Assembly (NCBI GenBank): GCA_002269645.1
Contig: NIVC01002328.1
Coordinates: 1-56,970 of the forward strand
Source: Macrostomum lignano
Taxonomy: Eukaryota
Length of the DNA stretch: 56,970 nt
Reading direction: 5' to 3'
The number at the start of each line of letters is the position of its first letter. Position 1 is the stretch's first letter. The position numbers and the translations under genes were made by a program. The notes below the pieces were generated by a model, which did not search any database, had not been told where the DNA came from, and worked only from the letters and a program-made list of their open reading frames with translations. Below are positions 18,924 through 28,185 of this stretch, in pieces.

Positions 18924-19238
18924 TTACATAAAAATTTCAATTTCGCTCTCTGAATCACTAGTTTCATATGAGCTATTTGTTGAGTTTGAATCATCTGAAC
19001 GAACCTCCCAATCATCTGAATTTAAATAATCTCCAAGTTGAAATATTAACTCACCCTCTTGTTCTAGATCATACAACCCATCCAACTCTAACGGATAAAG
19101 TTTTAGTTCATGCTTATCGTCATATTTTAGATAAACTTCATCAATTATTCCATTCAAAATATGCTGTTTTATTATCTCTGAATTTTTAGCAACAGTCTCA
19201 AAAGTATCACTAATTGAAAAGGTGTAAACGCGGTTCAT
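18924..19238 (-). CDS. Small acidic hypothetical protein (104 aa)
   Basis: ATG at the inner edge of the TIR; near-identical orthologue at 26395-26709. Confidence 0.65.
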   Translation of the reverse strand: MNRVYTFSISDTFETVAKNSEIIKQHILNGIIDEVYLKYDDKHELKLYPLELDGLYDLEQEGELIFQLGDYLNSDDWEVRSDDSNSTNSSYETSDSESEIEIFM

Positions 19239-19600
19239 TTTTAGTAACAGAAAAAGACCCTACGCGCCTGCGGCGCGGCCTGGGGTTATAAAGTAGTAGT
19301 AGGTAAAAGTACGCTTCTAGATCAGACCTATTGAAAATGATGATTGAAGGGCTATTAATGGGGGGACGCGAGGGGATTGTTATTGATGATTTGGGAGTGT
19401 TATTGGTGATTTGGGAGAGTTAGTGGTGATTTGTGTTGTTTTGTGGTGTTGGGGGTGTTGGTGGGAGGTAGTGTGTTTAAGGGGGGTAAAGGGTGTTTAG
19501 ATGTGTTTTTTTAGTACCCCCTCGTGTCCCCCCACTAGCCCTTCAAATCAGCATGTTAAATAGGGGTTCTGGGGCTAGAAGCGTACTTTTACCTACTACT
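19237..19600 (-). repeat. Right terminal inverted repeat of Polinton copy 1
   Basis: Reverse complement of 2067-2430; ends CCTACTACT. Confidence 0.95.
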
Positions 19601-19820
19601 AGCATCCCAACTCAAAGTCATTTTAAGTTATTGAAAAACTTTTTGTTTTTGTTAGTTTATACGTTGATTGTTTTAACAACTCCTTTCTCGTTTTTTCTGC
19701 TTGAAGTTGTTTTAATTTTTTTAATTCAGTTTCATATATTTTTTGGCTTTTTGAACACTATCCGATTGTTTTTTATCTTAGCTTCGATGTTATTACCCAT
19801 TTTAACCTGACTAAACCGGA

Positions 19821-20598
19821 TTAAACTTGTTTTATTCGTAAAATTACTGTTATTGATTGTCCACCGAAACTTATCAACCTTGTTGGTTTCGTCTACAATT
19901 CTAATATAAATCGATTGAATATTATATTGATTTAAATGGGTTTGGGGTGCAACAATCATTTTCTCTCCAATTAGAACAGCCAGAAATGGAATTGAATATA
20001 TTATTCCACGCTGAACCAAAAATCCATTGTCATCTGTTATATAACCACCGTTTGAGATATCAGTTGTAATATTTATTGTATTAACTCAACCCTCAATGTT
20101 TCCTACGGTATCGCCCGTGTTTGATGGGGTAACAATTCGGGAATTAAATCCTAATATGGTTCTAAGTGAATTTGCAATTGTAAAATCAACTTGGTATCCA
20201 GATCCTAGTGATAGAGTGAATCTGCCGGATGGTAAATAAACTCCTGTAACAATTGCGCCTGCTACCGAATCACCATTAGCTATTAATTCTCCTTCTATAT
20301 ACGCATTCAAATCGGTATAACTATATGCCCCCGGATTAACACTAAATGTCGTCCAATTTGCTCCAGAATCTTTAGAATATCTAAATTGATTATTTCTCTC
20401 AATAATTAACTGTGGCATATTAAAAACCGAAAATAAAATTAATCCAACTTGATAACTTAGAGTTTGATCGAGTTGTAACGGATCACGCAATTGAATCTGT
20501 TGTTCGCTTGTTGTCATTATAAACTGTAAGGTTGTGCTAAATTTCTAACTTGTTCTATCAACCAATTGTTTTATGGTGGTTAAGTTGTTTGATGCCAT
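19821..20598 (-). pseudogene. Penton, copy 2
   Basis: Fragments 20086-20517 and 19732-20019 match 12700-13485. Confidence 0.88.
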
Positions 20599-20608
20599 TT
20601 TTATATTG

Positions 20609-21369
20609 TTAAAATTCCGCGTCCTCATCCTCATTCTCATGTAATATATATGTTAAAATTCTATTGTTGCGTTCCAATCTTGAATTAATATATATGTGTT
20701 TGTATTGACTATCATCCCAAATTTTTTACACATACTTTTAAATTGTTTTGTTTCCCTTCCGGGATTAAATCTCCTATGTATATTCTGCAAACCATAATCA
20801 TCTAAATAAAAAATTATACAACAACTTGCATTCTTTTTTATAATTGAATCTAATTCCCTAAATGATTGAGTAAGATAAAATGCCCCAATTCCATCTCCTC
20901 TACCGCTAATAAAAATTTCTTTTTGCAATTCTTGATCACCATCATTAATACAATCATCAAATATTATTAGGGTTTTTATCATGTTTTGGAATTCGATCAT
21001 AAATTATTTTTTTTTGAATTGCTGGTGATTTTTCGCAGATGTTATTTGGATCTAGTGCCATTCTTCTAACCAAATCCTCTATGTCATCAAGTGAGAATTT
21101 TGGATTATCATCATCCTCGTATTGCTCATATGCTCTTAACATTCCAAATAAAGTATCTTTTTTATTTTTTGTTTTAATCCATGTTTAAGAAGTTCATAAT
21201 ATTTAATTTGTGGTTTATTTGTGTACACTATTAAATTGTTATAATCTAACATTCCTTCGGTTGTTAATAGGTCATAAACAAAATGTGTTTTGCCTTTACC
21301 CGATCATCCAATTACTAGACAAAGAAAAGGATCGTTTGGAAATATTGGATTGTGTTTTGCTTTAACCAT
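20609..21369 (-). pseudogene. Packaging ATPase, copy 2
   Basis: LIIFDDCINDGDQELQKEIF fragment; frameshifted. Confidence 0.88.
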
Positions 21370-21417
21370 TTTTAAGGAAACATTTACAATGGTGCGATGG
21401 TCGGAGACCTGCACCGC

Positions 21418-22889
21418 CTACAGCGGGGCGTCCTGAATAACAGTTCCATCGGCTCGTGCAATTGATAGATATTCCTCGAGAAATAATACGTGTGCATCAA
21501 CCACCTGATTTCCTGTTTTATTAATCTCTAACATATAATTCAAACCAGTGTTGGAGCGATTCTCTTTTTGTGCGGTTAGATCAAACACAACAACTGGGTG
21601 AATGTTTAGGAACTAGGTGGGAGTATATTGGGGAGTAGCGTATGCCTCATTTTTAACATAATCCTGATAATATTTGATTAAATCATTAACGTCGTTGTTA
21701 AGAATGTTTAGATTAAGGGGGTCTTTAACCGGATAATATTGGTCATCAACTTGGAGCCGAATGTTGTTCATATTAAAAGCTGTAATTGCTGCGGCTCCAG
21801 TATCAGTTGCATCGGCTGCTATGGCGGCTTAGATTGAATCCAATATAAATCACTGTTGGCTCTTTTAGCATTTGTATTAGTAATTTTAAACCAAACAAAT
21901 GCATATCTCACACGGCGTTTTGATGTGAGAATCTGCCATTGGAATGAATCCTGATTGTTATTAATTGTTCGCATAAAGTGGCGGCGATTCAAATAAAATA
22001 TTTCCTGATCCTTCATTAGCTGCTCATTGATATAAGATAGAAGTGGGGCTGTTACATCAATTGTTGGAACAACTAGCTGGATTAAAGCTATTCGGACGGC
22101 TAAATCGGTTGATGCTGCGGCTCCAAAAAGTATTCTACCCTGATACCCACCAGATATTTGCAACTGCACACTAAACCTAAGTCCCTTCCAAACGCGATTT
22201 GGTGAGAATAAACCAAATAGTGGGAAAATTGAAAAGTCCTGCTCATATGCGGTTGCAGTTGTTAAAACAGCTTCTGGGAATTTATTTTGTCTGTCAATGA
22301 ATCCGGTATTAATATTTTTTATATTACTTATTTGATTAAGAACTCCTTTAATAGCATCTAAATCAGCACTAATTACAGATACTGTGGCGGCTGCTATGTC
22401 TCTATTTGGGGAAAGGTGGCTGTTTGTCCATTACCCTTATCCGGCATCCATCCAACATTATCACCAACTTGTTTTGTTAAATAGGTATAATTTAAATGTT
22501 TCAAAACTCCATTAATCTCTGCTGGATTTGTAGATGTCTCAACCTCAGCTCCATTAATTTTTAGTTGGGCTTGGGAAAAACATTTATAAAACCAATCATT
22601 CTCGATGACACAATGCCAGCACGATTCGGTATATCTGCTGCGACGAGTGCGGTGCCATCATTTCTAGTATATAACCATCTAACTCTGAAAAACGCATGTC
22701 TCATATCCAATATGGTGTTGGTTGCGCCAACATCAGAAGTAACAGTTCCATTAGTAAAGTTGTTTGTATTGTCACTTGTTGGATTGGTATAATTTAAATC
22801 TGTTGCCCTAACCTCATTAATATATTGGCGTCATGGCGTGGTTTTTTGAAGTGGAACCTATCACTCCATCTAGTTTTTGTTTCGGCCAT
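21418..22889 (-). pseudogene. Major capsid protein, copy 2
   Basis: QEIFYLNRRHFMRTINNNQD match; frameshifted. Confidence 0.88.
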
Positions 22890-22904
22890 TTTTATAAGTT
22901 AAAA

Positions 22905-23604
22905 ATGAGTCAATTTATGGATATTGGTGGAGAAATGGCTCTTTATAAAGCTAATAAAAATATTGGATTTTGTTAGAGATTAAAAAAAAGAAAGTTGGGT
23001 TTCGAAATAGCTGGTGAGAAATTTGCTGCTCCTTTTGTTAATCCAATTGTTGGGAAAATTGGTGATCTAACACAAACTTTTGGAACTTTTGAAAAACTTT
23101 TGGAAAAGATTGCTGAGAATACAACTCCAAAAGAGAATGATGGTGTTGATATAGAGGATGAGCCGCCTGTTTATGAGGTGGATCAAGCAATATTGCGAGT
23201 TGCAGAGATTAGGAGGCAAGAAGTGGGCGATCGGGAAGATTTTCCGAGCGGTTCCGCAAAGTATTTCTGTGACAGAATTGCCTAATGATAATTTTCAAAT
23301 TGGCAGGACTGTAAAAAACAGGAATGAACTATATCGGGATTTAGGTGGGGCATTTAATATTGTTACAAATCCTAGAGTAAAGTTTAATCCTGATTTATAT
23401 GACAAAGATGAATTAGTAAGCGCAAAAAAAATTTATGGTGAATTGGGAGAAAGAGCTGTTAAAAACACTAGTTTGTATAAACGTATTGTTAAATCAATAG
23501 AGGCGAAAAGATCCGTTGGATTTAAAACTCCGCGAAAACTTGTTTTGGCTGCTGCTAAAGCTGCTGGACACACTGGTATTAATTATTTTTTTTTAAATGG
23601 ATGA
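22905..23604 (+). pseudogene. Orthologue of 15866-16537
   Basis: FKTPRKLVLAAAKAAGHTG shared. Confidence 0.85.
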
Positions 23605-24683
23605 TACGATAAAGTCCTGTCTTTGTAAACCCATTGATTATAAAACTGGATGTGATAGAATATTGAATAAAATATTTCAAGATGAATTAATAATTGCAAA
23701 TCGTATTAAAACGATTCAGATGCATCTTGGATCTCTTTATGAAGGCTACCGGACATTTGCCCTCCGGCATTTGCCCTCCGGACATTTGCCCTCCGGCATT
23801 TCCCCTCCGGACATTTGCCCTCGAGGACATTTGCCCTCGGGGACATTTGCCCTCCGGACATTTGCCCTCCGGACATTTGCCCTCCGGACATTTCCCCTCT
23901 GGAAAAGTACAGGTAAGGCTGGGGATAGGGTAGGGCGCGGGTATATATTGCTTACTAGAAAAGGATGAGTTGTTGGCTGGAGAAGAACCTGATGGATGCA
24001 AGAGGCGGGAGGATGAGGTTGGTGCTGGAGGAACGACGGGTGGGTACAGGAGGAGGTGAGGTGAGTAATGTGCGAGGGGGTAAATTTGCAGAGGGCAAAT
24101 GTGCGGAGGGGAAATGTCCGGAGGGCAAATGTCCGGAGGGCAAATGTCCGGAGGGCAAATGTCCCCGAGGGCAAATGTCCCCGAGGGGAAATGTCCGGAG
24201 GGCAAATGTCCGGAGGGGAAATGTCCCGGAGGGCAAATGTCCGGAGGGCAAACGCCGCCGAGGGGAAGTGCCGGAGGGCAAGTGCCGGAGGGGAAGTGCC
24301 GGAGGGCAAATGTCCGGAAGCGCTTTATGAATTATTAGCTATTAAACATTTTGGTTTTGAAAAAGTAAAGAAAATTGATTTAGTACATAATGATCGTAAA
24401 GTTGCGTTAGAGTCGAAATCTTCTGATAATACCGATAGTTCTTCAAGCCGATTTAGAAATATTCAAAAGTTGTTGGAGTTTAAAAATATTAATCCTGAAT
24501 TTGATTTGTATTATTTTTGCATTAATAACACTAAAAACCCAATACAAAAAGAATTTGATAATGCTGTTACCTTTAACTGGGGAATTTGCTTTAATTTTTT
24601 TGTATGGTGATAAATATTTGGAAATTATTAAATTGATAGAAGATTGTTTTTTAAGCATTAAAAATGAACTAAATTGTGTATGA
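23597..24683 (+). pseudogene. PD-(D/E)xK restriction-like endonuclease (Eco47II-like), interrupted by a MITE and a frameshift near 24570
   Basis: After removing the MITE: IQMHLGSLYELLAIKHFGFEKVKKIDLVHNDRKVALESKSSDNTDSSSSRFRNIQKL...LTGEFALIFLYG; family assignment is from motif recall (ExKxxxNTxxSSS). Confidence 0.62.
23744..24322. mobile_element. Foldback/MULE-type MITE (579 bp) with 9-bp TSD
   Basis: TSD CTTTATGAA at 23735-23743 and 24323-24331; inverted arms made of 15-bp GGACATTTGCCCTCC tandem units. Confidence 0.9.
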
Positions 24684-26244
24684 AGGTGGATTGTTGGATA
24701 TTCAGAAAGGATTAACAAGCTTACCACCAATATTTACTTGTGGGAAATATACAAATGAATCGCATATTCCGGCTATTCGTTTGCAGGTTACTCGTGGCCT
24801 GAGTGGTAGAAGCAAAGCTACTGCTAGTCACTATTTGTGGCGACACCTTCAAATTGCGTGAAAGCCGTCATACAGCTTCAAGTACCACTTCAATTGAGAA
24901 ATCTTTTAAAGGAACAGAGGTAACTCTCTTCCCACTGGTAAAAAGCTTGAAGACAAGGTGGCAATGCGCAGCCAAGCTCCTAAGTTGATAATTCAGTATG
25001 GAGAAGGTTCAGAGAGCAGACGGAAGTGGATGGTAATTTAGCTACTTAAGGTGTGCTCCAGCCTCTATCGAAAGACAGAGCGTAAACTGCCGGGGACTCG
25101 GTTAGATTTGAGATTAAATCCTGATGACACACCAAAAGCTGATTCAATTCCCATCAACGGTATTGATTGGTTAGCATATTATCATGACTTAGCATACAGA
25201 AATGCCGACAAGAATTCTCCTGAGGAAGCATTAAGATTAAAGCATGAAGCTGATCGAAAGATGATTGAGGGATTAGATAATTTACAGGGATTATCGGTAA
25301 GCCAAAGATTAACTCAATGGGTGGTTAAAAAGATTCTGCAATCTAAAGTTAAATTTGGTTTAGGAATTAATTACAATCAACATGGAAATAATTGTGTTGA
25401 CTGTCTGTTATTACTCATCTGTGGATTAAGTTCTGATGAGGCAAAAACACTTCATAAAGAATACCGAAAACCGAAATTTTACCGAAAAATCATGAACTTC
25501 AAAAAGAATGAAATTTGGTATGCTAACTTAATGTCGATGCCGAATGACAGAGGATATAAGTATATTTTAACTATATTAGATGGTTTTACTCGATATGCGC
25601 GTGGGCTATTCCATTGAAATCCAAAAAAGGTGAAGTTGTTGCTGCTGCTTTTAGAAGTATTGGGGAGAAAAGCGAGCGTTTATGTGTTGATGAAGGAAAA
25701 GAATTTTACAATCCTCATATGTATAAATTATATCATTTTGAGAAAGGAAAAGAAAGGAAAAAGGACGCAAGCGGTGAGTATATCAATAAGATTTATTCTA
25801 TTTATGGCGAAAGCAAAAACGCGTTAATAGAGAGATTTAATAGAACTTTGGGGAAGAAATTGTGGTTTCAGTTCAGTCTTAACGGTAACCAAATGTGGGT
25901 AAAAAATATTACCAGATGTAGTAAAAGATTATAATAATTCATATCATTCGGCGATAAATATGACTCCACAACAAGCTTATAACAATCCTGAAAATGTTAA
26001 AGTTACTTTTAGGGAAGTTGAAAAAAATAAAAAGAAATTTTTTAAAGTTGGTGATCAAGTATATATTTATAAATGGAAAGATAAATTTGAAAAAGGTCGA
26101 AAAGGCAACTGGAAGATTAGTGAGAAATTCATTGTAAGTAAAGTTTTAAATACAAATCCTACAACTTATATCATTGCCGATAAAGATGGTCAAGAAATAT
26201 TAGGATCATTTTATGAGAATCAATTACTTAAGGCAACAAGGTAA
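24664..26244 (+). pseudogene. PLA2-integrase, copy 2 (intron-containing, degraded)
   Basis: Matches 17108-18685; premature TAA at codon 3 and several frameshifts. Confidence 0.88.
24789..25089 (+). ncRNA. Group IC1 intron, copy 2 (301 nt)
   Basis: Same insertion site (GCA GGT|CCG GGG); P/Q/R/S conserved; 11-nt receptor CCUAAG...UAUGG; terminal omega-G at 25089. Confidence 0.92.
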
Positions 26245-26709
26245 TAAATTTTTATAACAAACAAAAACAATATTATTACTATTATTGTTACTAAAATAAT
26301 TATTGACATTTGTTCAACTGTTATCAAGCTTACATTTTCATTAAGTTCATTAACTGTTACATTACCAATGTAGGAATAATTTAACTTCATTTTTTTACAT
26401 AAAAATTTCACTTCGATTGTCTGAATCACTAGTTTCATATGAACTATTTGTTGACTCAGAATCGATTGATCGCATCTCCCAATCGTCTGAATTTAAATAA
26501 TCTTCAAGTTGAAATATTAACTCACACTCTTGTTCAAAATCGTATAAACCATCCAACTCTAGCGGATAAAGTTTTAGTTCCTGCCCATCGTCGTATTTTA
26601 AATAAACTTCATCTATTATTCCATTCAATATATGCTGTTTTATTATCTCTGAATTCTTAGCAACAGTTTCAAAAGTATCGCTTACAGAAAAGGTGTAAAC
26701 TCGGTTCAT
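26220..26709 (-). CDS. Copy 2 orthologues of the small TM and acidic terminal genes
   Basis: ORFs 26220-26438 and 26395-26709 match 18696-19238. Confidence 0.7.
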
Positions 26710-27110
26710 TTTTTGTAACAGAAAAAAGCCTTTTGTGCCCCAAGCGCCTGCGGCGCGGGCGGGGGTTAGAAAGAGTTGTGGGTGTTGGAAGTGTTGGAAG
26801 AGTTAGTAAGTGTTGGTTGTGTAGTAGTAGGTAAAAGTACGCGTATAGGACTGTGCACCTATTAAACATACGATTTGAAGGTCTTGTGGGGGGTACTAGG
26901 GGGTTAGATTCAGATTGTGTTTTTGGTTTTTTTCGATTGTTGGGGATGATTGGAAATGTTTATTTGTGTTTATTGTTTTTTTTTCAATTGTTGGGGAGAT
27001 TAGATGTGTTTATTTGTGTTTTTTAAGTTTCCCCCTAGTACCTCCCACCAGACCTTCAAATCGTATGTTTAATAGGTGCTCTCAGGGATAGACTCGTACT
27101 TTTACCTACT
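26708..27110 (-). repeat. Right TIR of Polinton copy 2 (self-palindromic 26823-27110)
   Basis: AGTAGTAGGTAAAAGTACG ... GTACTTTTACCTACT with long inverted arms. Confidence 0.85.
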
Positions 27111-27285
27111 CTGGGGATTCTGTATGACCCAGACTAGGGATTCTGGATGACCCAGACTGGGGATTCTATATGACCCACACTGGGGATTCTGTATGACCCG
27201 AACAGGGGATTCTGTACGACCCAGACTGGGGATTCTGTATGAACCGATCAGGGGATTCTGTATGACCCGGACTGGGGATTCTATG
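27111..27285. repeat. Minisatellite, ~23-bp unit (CTGGGGATTCTGTATGACCCAGA)
   Basis: About 7 tandem units. Confidence 0.9.
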
Positions 27286-27974
27286 ATGGTATTCAGTAGA
27301 GTGTAGCTATGCATGCCAGGGTCTAACCTGGAGTTCGACACTACAATGTACATGAAGCACGTAGAGTTAAGCGATCAAAATCGAAAGACAAAAATATCAT
27401 ATTTCGTACTGACACACCATATAGTAAGCTGGTTTGTTCATATAAAACACGCGTATATTGACCGAATTTTACAAAGAGTACACGAAGTCCCTTGATGCGC
27501 AGCATCAGGGGTGTATCATACATTATAAAGATATATCATTTATTATAAGCTAATAAATCTTGTAATACGAAATAAAAAAACATAAGGAATGCATTGGCAT
27601 GTTTTAAGAATATTGGACATTGTAAGCACAGATGGACGGATAAATAAGTAAATCGGGCAACTGTAGACTGGCAGGACTACCACAATTATTAATTATATTT
27701 TTTTTCACTACCTGGGTGCATTGGAATAAAATTACAGTGTTAGCATAAATAAAAATACAGACAGTTTCTCTATTACTGGCTACTTACAGTATTAACAAAG
27801 CGTTTTTATTCTTTAAAAATGATTAATTTAATCGTCTATTTTAAAAGATTATCTAAACTGAAATAGATTTATTAAAATCTCCATCCCTAATCTCACGCTT
27901 GACTTAATATTATCCTTCGAAACTGCTTACATCTACTCTTTTCTGTCAGTTAGATAGCAATTATACATTAGTAA

Positions 27975-28095
27975 GATCTCAAATGAGTCAGTCAGTCAGA
28001 TCTCAATGAGATGTCAGTGAGATCTCAATGAGAGATTAGTGAGATCTCAATGAGATGTCAGTCAGATCTCAATGAGATGTCAATCAGATCTCAAT
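27975..28095. repeat. Short tandem repeat (GATCTCAATGAGATGTCAGTCA-like)
   Basis: About 5 imperfect units. Confidence 0.8.
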
Positions 28096-28185
28096 CCTAA
28101 AGTGTCATAAAAACTGCATGTATAATAAATTTTTTCATTGAATATATTCTAAAGTAAATTTATCAGTCGCGGTCACGCCCCAGCA

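Larger units (their letters stand above)
2067..19600. mobile_element. Polinton/Maverick (adintovirus-like endogenous virus), copy 1, near full length
   Basis: 364-bp TIRs with AGTAGT...ACTACT termini; pPolB, RVE integrase, ATPase, cysteine protease, MCP and penton all present; AT-rich and densely packed. Confidence 0.97.
19601..27110. mobile_element. Truncated, degenerate Polinton copy 2 (right half of a related lineage)
   Basis: Collinear homologues of copy 1 from the protease N-terminus to the right TIR, with many stops and frameshifts. Confidence 0.93.
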
